DNA from: a virus
Reading direction: 5' to 3' (one strand)
IMG/VR virus record: IMGVR_UViG_3300050151_000086
Coordinates: 1,575 to 65,574 of that record
Length of the DNA: 64,000 nt
This document shows positions 29,083-38,860 of this stretch, in pieces (positions within the stretch are counted from its first letter, which is position 1; each line of letters opens with the position of its first letter). The notes below the pieces were generated by a model. That model was not told where the DNA came from, searched no databases, and saw nothing but the letters and a program-made list of their open reading frames with translations. The position numbers and the translations under genes are program-made.

Positions 29083-29793
29083 ATGATCGACCTGATGATG
29101 GCCCATGCGGCTGATGAATTCCCCAACGAGTGCTGTGGCCTGCTGGTCACTGGCCCGAGGGGAGATAGGCTTGTCAGGGCGAAGAACCTGGCGATCCAGC
29201 CTGGCAGGGAGTTCGACCTTGACCCCGACGCCTGGCTTGAGGTTGAGGATGACGAGACTGTGTCTGCGGTCTACCACTCGCACCCCAACGGCACCAGCGA
29301 GCCCAGTCTTGCCGACAAGTCGGCCTGCGAGTCCTCCGGCTTGCCGTGGCACATCGTGGGCTACCCCGGGGGAAGTCACACCCTGATCGACCCATCAGGC
29401 TTCGATGCGCCCTACCTGGAGCGCCCCTACGTTCACGGCGTGCATGACTGCTACTCCATCGTGCGTGACTGGTACAGGCGTGAGTGTGGTGTCGAGTTGC
29501 CTGACTTCGACCGCCGCGATGGTTGGTGGAACCGTGGCGAGAACCTGTACGTGGACAACTTCGCGGATTGCGGCTTCACTCAGATCAGTGACGAACCGAA
29601 GCTCGGCGACTTGTTCCTGATGCAGGTTGGCTCACGCAAGCCGAACCACGCTGCGATCTACATGGGTGATGGCACGATCCTGCACCATGTCTACGGCAAC
29701 CTGTCATCCCTGGACGCCTGGGGCGGCTACTGGCTCAAGCACACCGTGATGACGATCCGCCACGAAAGCCGGATGAGGACCACCCATGGTTGA
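29083..29793 (+). CDS. Tail tip assembly protein, lambda gpK-like (JAB + NlpC/P60)
   Basis: ECCGLL, YHSHP...PSLAD, DCYS, NHAAIY...ILHH. Confidence 0.92.
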   Translation: MIDLMMAHAADEFPNECCGLLVTGPRGDRLVRAKNLAIQPGREFDLDPDAWLEVEDDETVSAVYHSHPNGTSEPSLADKSACESSGLPWHIVGYPGGSHTLIDPSGFDAPYLERPYVHGVHDCYSIVRDWYRRECGVELPDFDRRDGWWNRGENLYVDNFADCGFTQISDEPKLGDLFLMQVGSRKPNHAAIYMGDGTILHHVYGNLSSLDAWGGYWLKHTVMTIRHESRMRTTHG

Positions 29794-30754
29794 AGTACGC
29801 CTCCACGGCCCGCTGGCTACCCAGTTCGGTGCCCACTGGGACCTCGACATCAGCACACCGCTTGAAGCTGTGTCTGCCATCGAGTGTGCCCGGCCAGGCT
29901 TTCGACAGGCGATTGCAGACCTTGCCGAGAAGGGTATGGTCTTCCGCGTCAGGACCAAGAACCACGACTACGGCGAGGAAGACATCGCCATGCGTCTTGG
30001 GTCGCAGCGTCGGGTCGACATCGTCCCCCTCGTACTCGGTGCGAGCGCAGGCGTGCGCTTCGTCATCGGGGCTGTGCTGATTGCAACCAGTGTGATGTTC
30101 CTTGGGGGTCCAACCAACCCTCTGGGCGCTGCTGTGTTTGCTACAGGCACCAGCCTGGTACTTGGAGCAGTCACCGAGTGGCTCACCCCCAACATCAAGA
30201 GGGATGACACCCCCTCGGGCCTGCAGAGTTGGGGTATCAGCGGCCCGACCAACACAGCGGATCAGGGCAGCCCTGTGCCTGTCATCTATGGTGAAGTCCT
30301 GACGGGTGGCTACCCCATCAGTGCCGGCTTGACATCTTCAGCCTATGGCTCGGACGCGGCAGCCACCAGCACTGCCACCATTGGTGGCGAGAGCGACTTC
30401 TCTGTCTCGCTCGCAACGTCGGATAGTGGTGTCGTCACAGCCTCTATCAGTCTCAGCGTGAGCACGGCCTATATCGACGAAGACGTGACCTACTCCTGGA
30501 GCTACTCTGGCTTCCCAGGCAGCCAGGCCGTCCGACTTGTCCGTGGCAACACGGACTCAGTCATTCTTGAGGTTGACTACGTCATCGGCACGGTGCTGAC
30601 CAGTGCTTTCTTCGAGAGCTATGGCAATCTGGCCGTTACCGTCAATGGCTACTACAGGTCAGCGTACACACAGGTGGGTGGGCGCTCTGCCCGGTCGGCT
30701 TCTACAAACAGACAGGTGCGCGTGTATCTCCAGCGCCCGTTCGAGGGTGCATGA
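29786..30754 (+). CDS. Tail tip assembly protein, lambda gpI-like with C-terminal extension
   Basis: VRLHGPLA..FG, QGSPVPVIYGEVLTGG..ISAG followed by about 140 extra aa. Confidence 0.85.
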   Translation: MVEVRLHGPLATQFGAHWDLDISTPLEAVSAIECARPGFRQAIADLAEKGMVFRVRTKNHDYGEEDIAMRLGSQRRVDIVPLVLGASAGVRFVIGAVLIATSVMFLGGPTNPLGAAVFATGTSLVLGAVTEWLTPNIKRDDTPSGLQSWGISGPTNTADQGSPVPVIYGEVLTGGYPISAGLTSSAYGSDAAATSTATIGGESDFSVSLATSDSGVVTASISLSVSTAYIDEDVTYSWSYSGFPGSQAVRLVRGNTDSVILEVDYVIGTVLTSAFFESYGNLAVTVNGYYRSAYTQVGGRSARSASTNRQVRVYLQRPFEGA

Positions 30755-33700
30755 GCATGCGGATCATTGGTTCTGGTGGTGGTAAGGGCGGTAGTGGTGC
30801 TGGCGGTGTCAGTGAGTCTCCTGACACGTTGGCGTCGGTAACGACTGCGAGCTTTGTCGACTTGATCTCCGAAGGCGAGATCGTCGGCCTGGTGAACAAT
30901 GACTACTCCATCTACATGGATGGTGTACCGCTGAAGACGATAGTCTCCGATACCACTCTGGGCGCCTACGCCTTCGACAACCGTCAAGGCGCCCAGGGCC
31001 AGACGGTGATGTCAGGCTTCTCTGGCACGCAGAGTGAAATCTCTGTCAATAGCCTGAAGATACTCGCCACCCAAGGCAAGGTCATCAGGGCTGTGACCGA
31101 CGCCGATGCGGACTCAGTCCGCTTCAACGTCTCAGTGCATGGCCTGTACCAGACCACCAGTGATGGCAAGGTCACTGGCAGCAGCGTCAACTTCCGGCTG
31201 TGGAAGCGGATCACTGGAGGCGCCTGGGTCTCTGTGCGTGAGGAGACCATCACTGGGAAGACCACTTCCAACTACCAGCGGTCGATTGAGGTCGACCTGA
31301 ACTCACTTGGCGCTGGACCCTACGAGATCGCCATCGAGCGAATCAAGGACGACTCTGCCAGCGGCCTCCTGGTGGACGCACTGTACTGGGACAGCTACAC
31401 GGTCATCAATTACGAGCAGCTCCGCTACCCGAACTCAGCACTCGTTGGCGTTCGCATCAACGCGCAGTATTTCAGCTCGATACCAGCCCGCACCTACCAC
31501 GTCAAGGGTCTGCTAGTGAAGGTGCCTGACAACTATGACCCAGTCACCAGGGTCTACCGCACCACCGGCGCCGGCACGACCAATGGCGCGTGGAACGGGG
31601 CGATGAACCAGGTCGCCTACACCGACAACCCGGCCTGGTGCTACTTCGACTTGATGACCAGCTCCCGCTACGGCCTGGGCGAGTTGATCGACGCATCGAA
31701 GATCGACAAGTGGGCGCTGTACCAGATCGCGCAATACTGCGACCAGCTTGTGCCCACGGGCCTGACGCTGAACGTGTTTGGCCCGAAGGGCTCAGCAGGT
31801 GTCACCAGCAGCGGCCAACCGATGGCCGGCGTGCCCCTGACGGTGGGCAACTCTGAGCGCCGTTTCCGTCTGAACTGCGTATTGAACACACGTGACGATG
31901 CCTACCGTGTGTTGAACCAGTTGACCTCGGTGTTCTGGGGTATGGCGTACTGGGGCTCGAACAGTGTCACCTTGACGCAGGACCGGCCGACAGCCCCGTC
32001 CATGCTCTACACCAACGCCAATGTGGAGGGCGGCCTCTTCACCTACGAGGGTTCTGCCAAGAGCCAACGCAACACCGTCGCTATCGTCGGCTGGAATGAC
32101 CCAGCCGAAGACTTCAAGCAGAAGTTCGAGTACGTCGAGGACCGCGACGGCATCGCCCGCTACGGCCTGCGCTCTACCGACGTAGTTGCCTTTGGCTGTA
32201 CCTCACGCTCACAGGCCCGTCGCATGGGTCTGTGGCTGCTCTATACCCAGCGCCTTGAGACTGAGATGATCTCGTTCAAGGTGGGCCAGGATAGCGCCTT
32301 CGTGCGCCCTGGTGCAGTCATCAAGATCAAGGACAACGACTACGCCGGCATCCGCTGGGGTGGCCGTGTCACCTCCTGCACTACCACGCGCCTGGAGTTC
32401 GACTCTACTGTTGACTTCCCGGTCGGCACACATACCTGCACGATCATCCAGCCCAACGGCACCCCCTACGCCTTCCAGTTCCTTTCCAACGGCACTGCTG
32501 GTGCCACAGGCATCAACCTCAGTACCCCCTTCACAGCCTCGCAGCAGCCAATCGTTGGGGCCGTCTGGATGGTGGAGACTTCGAGCCTGGCAGCGAGGCT
32601 CGCCCGGGTAGTCTCTACGAGGCATGATGGCATCGGCTACCGGATCACTGCCCTGGAGCATGACCCAGGCAAGTATGCTGCCATCGAGTCCGGTGCCGGG
32701 TACGAGAAGTACAACTACACGGTGATCAGCTACGACAGCGTGCCGCCTGTCACCGGCCTTGCTGCCGTTGAGAGCACCTTCATCCCGACAGGGACGAGGG
32801 ACTTCACGAGTCGCCTGGAAATCTCCTGCGACGCGATCAACTCAAGCCAGGTGCGGGGTTACATCTTCGACGTGACAGGGAGCGATGGTAGCGGCTACAC
32901 GTTCCCGGAGACCAGCTCGCCCACGGCGACGTTGGAGAACGCGCAGCCGATCACCTACACGATCACTGCGAAGGCAGTCAACTCGTTGGGCATCGCTGGA
33001 GCCAAGGTCGCCATCGTGAAGACGGTGTTGGCGATTGACCAGCGCAACCCGCCCAGCGCCATCGGTCTGGCTGTCACGACTGAGTTTGCCAACTTCATCA
33101 TCTCTTGGACGGCACAGACTTACCCGGAGGGTGGTGGCCACAAGAAGGTCTCTGTCTACGCCAGCACCACCAACCTGTTTACAAACGCGGTGCTGGTTGG
33201 AGATAGCGAAGGCAACAGCTTGACCTATGCATCGGCGCCGTCGAAGACCCTGTACTTCTTCTTGCGCAACACTTCAGTCAATGGTCAGAAGCAGGTCACG
33301 GCAACTGGCCCAGTCTCTGCGACCACTGCAACGATTGCCTCTGCGCAGAATACGCAGGTCTACCTTTACCGATGGTCGGTGTCGCAGCCAGCCAAGCCGG
33401 CCGGCATCAGTACCTACACCTGGAGCAGCTCGACTCACTCTGGCTACACGGGTGTTGACGGCTGGAGCACAACGATCCCACCCAACACGGGTGTGAGTGG
33501 CCTGCAGTTGTGGGCCTCGCAGATCAGGGTTAGTGCCGCATCCGACTCTGCTTCGATCAACATTGATTGGACTGCCTCGGCATCTGCGGTCATGCTTGCC
33601 TCCATCTCCGCCAATGCAACGGCTGTGTCGGCAATTGTCACTACGGTCTACCAGTCCTCGGCATCACAGCCAACCACCCCGACCGGGGGTTCCTATGAGT

Positions 33701-36612
33701 TCTCGACGGGCGTGCTGACCCCTCCCTCGGGTGGTTGGCTCACATTGAACCCCGGCACGTCATCAAACCCCGTCTGGGCCAGCTCACAGGTGTTCCGCAC
33801 CAACTACGTGGACGCCACGGTATTTGCCGATACCTCCAGCGGCACGAGTACGATCCTTCACTTCGACGGTGTGAATGCGGCAACGACCACAGGCGACAGT
33901 GGCCTGGCTGCAAGGACTGTGTCGCTGGTGAACGCCACGCTCTCGACGACCCGCTCCTTCTTCGGTGGGTCTTCGCTGAAGCTGTCAGGGACTGGGTATG
34001 CAGACGTTACTGTGGCTGCTGGACAGTCCGGCGACTTCACACTTCGTGGCAAGTTCTTCATCACCAGCTCCGATGGCACGAACCAGGCATTCTTCACTGT
34101 TGGTGCCTTGACGGATGGGTTTGAGCTGTACCGACGGACGAATGCCAATAACAACGTCATTGGCTTGTACTCAGGTTCTGCAGCAAATCTGGTATTGGGT
34201 CAGGGTACAACTAGCCTGCCAATAAATCAGTGGCTCGACATCGAGTGGACACGGGCCAGCGGCGTACACCGAGTCTGGCTCGACGGTGTTCTCCAGTTCT
34301 CGTACACACAGGGCACAGCCATGGTGTTCGGTACGAACATCCGAATTGGTGGCTACAACGGAACGACTGAGTTCTTCAACGGCAACGTCGATGAGGTCTA
34401 CATCTCGACGACTTCGGCTCTGCACAACACGTCAGCGAACTTCACACCTCCGACAGCGACGACGACAGCCGCCACCGCATGGTCAATGCCCGTCAAGTTC
34501 GGTGAGAACGGCGCTACAGGTCAGTCATCAGTCACGGTCAACGCCTACAAGGTTTCATCAGCACAGCCTGCTACGCCGTCCGGTGGCACCTACAACGTGG
34601 CGAGCGGCCTGCTGACTCTGACGGGTTGGTCAAAGGACTACCCCGGCTCCACCTCTGGCACAGTGTGGCAGACATCGCAGACGTTCACCACCAACACGCC
34701 AGCTATCGACGTGGCCGGTGGTAACCTCGATGCGAAATACTCGATCTACCACCTTGAGAATTCGACCCTTGATGAGGCCGGCGCCCTCAGGACAATGACT
34801 CTTGCGGGTGCAGCGGCACTGTCCACTGTACGTGCCGCCGTTGGTACGTCGTCGCTCTTCACTGGTGCCAACGGTTACGCCACGGTCGCCATCTCGGGGA
34901 CGAATACTGGTGACTTCACACTGCGTGGCAAGTTCTTCATCTCTGACACAAGCAGCCAAAATCGCGCCCTCATCAGTACGGGCGGCAGCAACGCGATGGA
35001 GCTGTACCGCCGAAGCGATACAGGTGGTAATGCGCTTACTGTCTATGACAGTCTGACGGCAGCGAATATCGGGACGGGCGCGGCAGTGCCGGCCAATGCT
35101 TGGGTGGACATTGAGTGGACACGCGCTGCGGGAGTTCATCGAATCTACATGGACGGCGTCTTCCGCTTCACATTCACCAACAACGCTGCTACAGACCTCG
35201 GCCCAATCGTTCGTTTTGGAGCGCCCGCAACGCCTGGAGACTATCTGAATGGCTACGTAGACGAGGTCTTGGTATGTGTCGGGGTCGCACTGCACAACAC
35301 CACTACGACGTTCAGCGTCCAGAACACGCCGCAAGTTGCACCAGTGGCGTCTGGTAGTAACGCAGCTTGGACCTACCCTGTGGTGGCTCCGACAGGTTTC
35401 TCCGTCACGTCGATCAACATCTACGCAACGGCAGCGAGTCAGCCGGCGCTGCCTACTGGTGGCAGCTACCTCTTCTCGACCGACACGCTCACCCCCCCGT
35501 CCGGTTGGAGCCGCACGAACCCGGGTGTCGCCTCAGGCCCTATATGGGTCAGCAGTCAGTCCTTCAAGACTGCGACCCCGGATGTCTCGGTTGCATCTAC
35601 CGCTTGGACGGCGGCAGTGCGGCTGAGTACGGACGGCCTGGCTGGTCAGCGTGGCAGTGTCGAAGCCAGTCGCCTCATCACCGGCACGACCTGGAGTGAC
35701 TCTGAAGCGGTGTTGGCACTGTCTGCTGCTGGCTACGCAACCCCTGTCAAGCTCGACCGCGTGACGGAGTACAACGCAGCGGGTAGCTTCAGCCAGAGCA
35801 AGTATTTTGATGGCACGAGCTGGCTGACTTGGTCGATGCTGATCAACGGCAACCTGCTTGTCACCGGCAGCATCGGCGCCAACAAGCTCGCGGTGACCAG
35901 TCTCAGCTCCATCGCTGCGGACCTTGGAACCATCACTGCTGGCACCCTCACAGCCGGCACTGTCTTCGCTGGGGCCTTGAGTGCAGCGACTGGTACATTC
36001 TCCGGCTCTCTGACTGCCGCAACGGGTACGTTCGCTGGCTCACTCAGCGCTGCAACGGGCTCTTTCGCTGGGGCATTGAACGCTGCAACCGGCTCTTTCG
36101 CCGGCTCCCTGACTGCAGTCACTGGAACCTTCCAGTCACTGGAGTTCGCCACCAACGGCTACTTGCGGTCTGGTCAGACGGCATTCGACACGGGCACAGG
36201 CGTCTGGCTAGGCGTCGTCTCAGGCGTTCCGAAGTTCAGCATCGGCGGCCCGACATCAGCCTTGTTGTGGGATGGTACTTCGCTGACGCTACGCAACGCG
36301 AGCTTCGAGACCTTCTCTGTCTCCATCGCGGGTGGTGACATCTTTGGACCAGCAGTTTCCAGAACAGCTACGGCGTCCGGCGGTAAGGCTCCCTATGCGT
36401 ACAACTGGGTATTCACACCATCCAGTCAGTACGCTGGTCAGGTCGTTTACATCACTGAGTCTGGCACTGCCACGGCGACAGCGCATGCGCAGACCAATGC
36501 TGATGGCTCATTCTCTGGTGTACTGACGTGCATGGTCCGGGACTCGAACAACAGGGTGTCCTGGGCCTCAGTGAACATCGCTGTCTCAATCACTGCCGGT
36601 GGTGGCCTCTAA
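30751..36612 (+). CDS. Host specificity / central tail fibre, lambda gpJ-like, with two LamG-like domains
   Basis: VDLISEGEIVGL, NPAWCYFD, GCTSRSQARRMG, RPGAVIKI; Fn3-like region; duplicated GDFTLRGKFFI...W.DIEWTRA.GVHR..NG.VDEV domains. Confidence 0.93.
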   Translation: MSMRIIGSGGGKGGSGAGGVSESPDTLASVTTASFVDLISEGEIVGLVNNDYSIYMDGVPLKTIVSDTTLGAYAFDNRQGAQGQTVMSGFSGTQSEISVNSLKILATQGKVIRAVTDADADSVRFNVSVHGLYQTTSDGKVTGSSVNFRLWKRITGGAWVSVREETITGKTTSNYQRSIEVDLNSLGAGPYEIAIERIKDDSASGLLVDALYWDSYTVINYEQLRYPNSALVGVRINAQYFSSIPARTYHVKGLLVKVPDNYDPVTRVYRTTGAGTTNGAWNGAMNQVAYTDNPAWCYFDLMTSSRYGLGELIDASKIDKWALYQIAQYCDQLVPTGLTLNVFGPKGSAGVTSSGQPMAGVPLTVGNSERRFRLNCVLNTRDDAYRVLNQLTSVFWGMAYWGSNSVTLTQDRPTAPSMLYTNANVEGGLFTYEGSAKSQRNTVAIVGWNDPAEDFKQKFEYVEDRDGIARYGLRSTDVVAFGCTSRSQARRMGLWLLYTQRLETEMISFKVGQDSAFVRPGAVIKIKDNDYAGIRWGGRVTSCTTTRLEFDSTVDFPVGTHTCTIIQPNGTPYAFQFLSNGTAGATGINLSTPFTASQQPIVGAVWMVETSSLAARLARVVSTRHDGIGYRITALEHDPGKYAAIESGAGYEKYNYTVISYDSVPPVTGLAAVESTFIPTGTRDFTSRLEISCDAINSSQVRGYIFDVTGSDGSGYTFPETSSPTATLENAQPITYTITAKAVNSLGIAGAKVAIVKTVLAIDQRNPPSAIGLAVTTEFANFIISWTAQTYPEGGGHKKVSVYASTTNLFTNAVLVGDSEGNSLTYASAPSKTLYFFLRNTSVNGQKQVTATGPVSATTATIASAQNTQVYLYRWSVSQPAKPAGISTYTWSSSTHSGYTGVDGWSTTIPPNTGVSGLQLWASQIRVSAASDSASINIDWTASASAVMLASISANATAVSAIVTTVYQSSASQPTTPTGGSYEFSTGVLTPPSGGWLTLNPGTSSNPVWASSQVFRTNYVDATVFADTSSGTSTILHFDGVNAATTTGDSGLAARTVSLVNATLSTTRSFFGGSSLKLSGTGYADVTVAAGQSGDFTLRGKFFITSSDGTNQAFFTVGALTDGFELYRRTNANNNVIGLYSGSAANLVLGQGTTSLPINQWLDIEWTRASGVHRVWLDGVLQFSYTQGTAMVFGTNIRIGGYNGTTEFFNGNVDEVYISTTSALHNTSANFTPPTATTTAATAWSMPVKFGENGATGQSSVTVNAYKVSSAQPATPSGGTYNVASGLLTLTGWSKDYPGSTSGTVWQTSQTFTTNTPAIDVAGGNLDAKYSIYHLENSTLDEAGALRTMTLAGAAALSTVRAAVGTSSLFTGANGYATVAISGTNTGDFTLRGKFFISDTSSQNRALISTGGSNAMELYRRSDTGGNALTVYDSLTAANIGTGAAVPANAWVDIEWTRAAGVHRIYMDGVFRFTFTNNAATDLGPIVRFGAPATPGDYLNGYVDEVLVCVGVALHNTTTTFSVQNTPQVAPVASGSNAAWTYPVVAPTGFSVTSINIYATAASQPALPTGGSYLFSTDTLTPPSGWSRTNPGVASGPIWVSSQSFKTATPDVSVASTAWTAAVRLSTDGLAGQRGSVEASRLITGTTWSDSEAVLALSAAGYATPVKLDRVTEYNAAGSFSQSKYFDGTSWLTWSMLINGNLLVTGSIGANKLAVTSLSSIAADLGTITAGTLTAGTVFAGALSAATGTFSGSLTAATGTFAGSLSAATGSFAGALNAATGSFAGSLTAVTGTFQSLEFATNGYLRSGQTAFDTGTGVWLGVVSGVPKFSIGGPTSALLWDGTSLTLRNASFETFSVSIAGGDIFGPAVSRTATASGGKAPYAYNWVFTPSSQYAGQVVYITESGTATATAHAQTNADGSFSGVLTCMVRDSNNRVSWASVNIAVSITAGGGL
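35930..36135 (+). repeat. 33-bp (11-aa) tandem repeats AATG(T/S)F(A/S)G(S/A)L(T/S/N) in J C-terminus
   Basis: Five to six units visible in translation. Confidence 0.8.
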
Positions 36613-36639
36613 ATGACAAAACAGTAAGAAAGGAAACCT

Positions 36640-37110
36640 ATGATCATCTCCACACTCCTCTCCTTCTTCGGTGGCACCGCCTTCCGCATGGTCTGGGGCG
36701 AGATCAGCAGTTGGATCACTGCAAGGCAGGACCACAAGTTCGAGATCGAGCGGATGCAGGCGCAGGAAGCGATCAACGCCGCTGACCACTCCCGCAACCT
36801 TGAAGCCATGAAGGTCCAGGCGGAACTCAAGATCGAGGTCATCACGCAACAGGGCGACGTTGACATCTCCAAGATCGACGCCGAGAGCTTCGGCCGAGGT
36901 GTCGAGGGTCTGTCCAAGCTGTCAGGCTTCAAGCCGGTCGACGCCTGGAAGGCATCAATCCAGCCGGCTCTGGCGACGATGATCATGTTCCTACTGGTCA
37001 AGCACTATGCGAAGGCTGGGTGGGTGATGGATGAGCACGGCTGGGAGCTTGCCGGTGGCGTACTCGGTCTGTTCATCGCTGACCGCATGCTGTTCCGCAG
37101 AGGCAAGTGA
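36640..37110 (+). CDS. Membrane protein, putative holin
   Basis: Hydrophobic N-terminus and two C-terminal hydrophobic segments; directly upstream of endolysin. Confidence 0.55.
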   Translation: MIISTLLSFFGGTAFRMVWGEISSWITARQDHKFEIERMQAQEAINAADHSRNLEAMKVQAELKIEVITQQGDVDISKIDAESFGRGVEGLSKLSGFKPVDAWKASIQPALATMIMFLLVKHYAKAGWVMDEHGWELAGGVLGLFIADRMLFRRGK

Positions 37111-37559
37111 TGAACTGGGGACACGCAACGGAGTTGGTGACCCCAATCATCCACACCTTCGAGGGCTTCTCCTCGAAGCCCTACCTCTGCCCGAGGGGCA
37201 TCCCAACAGTCGGGTTCGGGGCTACGTACTACGCAAATCGGAAAAAGGTCACGCTGTTCGACCCGCCGATCAGCAGGGCTGATGCTGATCAGTTGCTGAG
37301 CACGATGATCAGTCGGGACTTCATGCCGGGAGTTCTGGCAGTGTGCCCCGGCATCGACAACGACTACCGCCTCGCCGCGATCACGGACTTCGCCTTCAAC
37401 CTCGGCCTCGGCCGGTTGAAGACCAGCACGCTCCGCAGGCTGGTCAACGCAGGCGACTGGGACCTCGTCAGGGCAGAGCTGATGAAGTGGGTCAACGCTG
37501 GCGGCAAGGTCTACAAGGGCCTGGTGAAGCGGCGCACGTTGGAGTCCATGCTGATCTGA
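37107..37559 (+). CDS. Endolysin, GH24 phage lysozyme
   Basis: FEG...PYLCPRGIPTVGFG catalytic motif, FAFNLG, WV.AGGKVYKGLVKRR..E. Confidence 0.93.
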   Translation: MMNWGHATELVTPIIHTFEGFSSKPYLCPRGIPTVGFGATYYANRKKVTLFDPPISRADADQLLSTMISRDFMPGVLAVCPGIDNDYRLAAITDFAFNLGLGRLKTSTLRRLVNAGDWDLVRAELMKWVNAGGKVYKGLVKRRTLESMLI

Positions 37560-37584
37560 TTTTCCTCCTGTGGTGGGAGTCTTT

Positions 37585-37609
37585 GGCCCGACTCTGTCGG
37601 GCCTTTTTT
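37585..37609 (+). terminator. Rho-independent terminator of late arm
   Basis: GGCCCGAC-TCT-GTCGGGCC-TTTTTT. Confidence 0.85.
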
Positions 37610-38666
37610 ATGCCGCCAGGCGATTAGGGAGCAGGGCGGCAGACCGCTTCGCGTCGTGGTTGTAGTAGGTGTCGCGCAGCAGGCGTATGTCCTTGGTGCC
37701 GATGGCATGGGACAGGGCCAGCACGTCCAGGAACTGGCTCAGCCGTGTGGCTGCCTCATGCTTCGTGTCGTGGAAGTGGAGGTCCTCGACGGTCGACTGC
37801 TTGACCGCCTTGCGCCATAGAGCATCCCGCTGTTGGTCGGTCATACCCACGATGTAGCCTGGCTGGGGTGGCCGGCGCAGGAGTAGGTCCAGCAGCTCCA
37901 CGGCTCTGGCTGTGAGGGGTACGTCGCGGCTGGCGCTGCGGGTGCTGCGGCCAGACCTGGAGCCCTTGCGGCCACCAACCTCCAGGGCGGCGACATGGAT
38001 CACCTTGTCGTCCCTGTGGTAGTCCACCGGCCGCAGCCGCAGAATCTCACCAGATCGCATTCCCGTCTCCAGGGCCAGCAGGAAGCAGGCTCCGACGCGG
38101 GAGGTCAGGGTGCGCAGCTCGGGATCAGTGGCGAAGCCCGTGGACACGCACAGCATCTCGACCTCAGCAGGGGTCAGCAGGCGCCGGCCACGGGGGCGCC
38201 CCTTCTCGGGCCTACGGGCGCCGTGGCAGGGGTTGACGGCGATCCAGCGGCGATCCTTGACGGCGTAGGTGAAGGCGCCACTCATGAGGTTCAGTTCACG
38301 GTTCACCGTCGCCCCCGACACGCTCTTGCCGCGTCGCGTGATCCACTCGTTGATCTCATGGGTTGTAACCTGGGAGACACGGATGGAGGCCAGCGGATCG
38401 GTCAGCCACTTGTTGATCCGTAGCGAGTTCCACTTCGCTGAGTCCGTCTTCGACGCTACGGCCAGGTCGTAGGCCTCGAACAGATCGCTGACCAGGACAC
38501 CACTGCTGGCCGATGACTTGAGCTGACCGACAGCCTTCTTGCGTTCAAGGTCGTCGGCCCAGCGCTCGGCTTCTGCGCGGGTGTCGAATGTGGCGGTCTC
38601 ACGACCCCCACCAGGGAGCCGGACGGTGACGCGGACAGCGCCGCTGCGTTCGCTGAAGCTAGCCAT
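37608..38666 (-). CDS. int: Tyrosine recombinase / integrase
   Basis: LALETGMRSGE, LHFHDTKHEA, TYYN; true start ATG 38666 with RBS AGGAAAG. Confidence 0.9.
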   Translation of the reverse strand: MASFSERSGAVRVTVRLPGGGRETATFDTRAEAERWADDLERKKAVGQLKSSASSGVLVSDLFEAYDLAVASKTDSAKWNSLRINKWLTDPLASIRVSQVTTHEINEWITRRGKSVSGATVNRELNLMSGAFTYAVKDRRWIAVNPCHGARRPEKGRPRGRRLLTPAEVEMLCVSTGFATDPELRTLTSRVGACFLLALETGMRSGEILRLRPVDYHRDDKVIHVAALEVGGRKGSRSGRSTRSASRDVPLTARAVELLDLLLRRPPQPGYIVGMTDQQRDALWRKAVKQSTVEDLHFHDTKHEAATRLSQFLDVLALSHAIGTKDIRLLRDTYYNHDAKRSAALLPNRLAA

Positions 38667-38786
38667 GATCGCTTTCCTGTTGATGGTGTCACCTGTGGTG
38701 ACACCGTGGTGCCAATGGTAGTCGGCTCCCCAGGTGCATATCCGGCGATTCCTGGTGACGCTCGGCACCAAGGAATGACGCAATTG

Positions 38787-38825
38787 AAAAGAAAAAACCC
38801 GCTAAATCAATGACTTAGCGGGTTT
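38787..38825 (-). terminator. Rho-independent terminator downstream of the tRNA-like core
   Basis: AAACCCGCTAA/TTAGCGGGTTT stem with a U-tract on the minus strand. Confidence 0.8.
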
Positions 38826-38840
38826 GAATGAGTGTTACAG

Positions 38841-38860
38841 TGGTGCCCAGGAGAGGACTC
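38841..38860 (-). other. attP core = 3' end of a tRNA (GAGTCCTCTCCTGGGCACCA), tRNA-Leu-like
   Basis: Ends in CCA; resembles, from memory, the 3' end of betaproteobacterial tRNA-Leu; adjacent to int. Confidence 0.8.

Noticed and set aside
33829-35340. Diversity-generating retroelement (template and variable repeats)
   Set aside because: No reverse transcriptase; the two LamG copies diverge at all base types, not only at adenines
37511-37580. Antisense AGGAGG RBS and 12-aa ORF overlapping the endolysin end, sharing a 12-bp core with 62533-62544
   Set aside because: RBS-to-ATG spacing of about 14 nt and a tiny ORF; probably a relic or chance
30751-38666. Shufflon or invertible tail-fibre system driven by the Rci-like recombinase next to J
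   Set aside because: No inverted crossover repeats or alternative C-terminal cassettes seen around J; the attP explains the recombinase
38841-38860. Complete tRNA gene
   Set aside because: Only the last 20 nt are present; the upstream sequence does not form a cloverleaf
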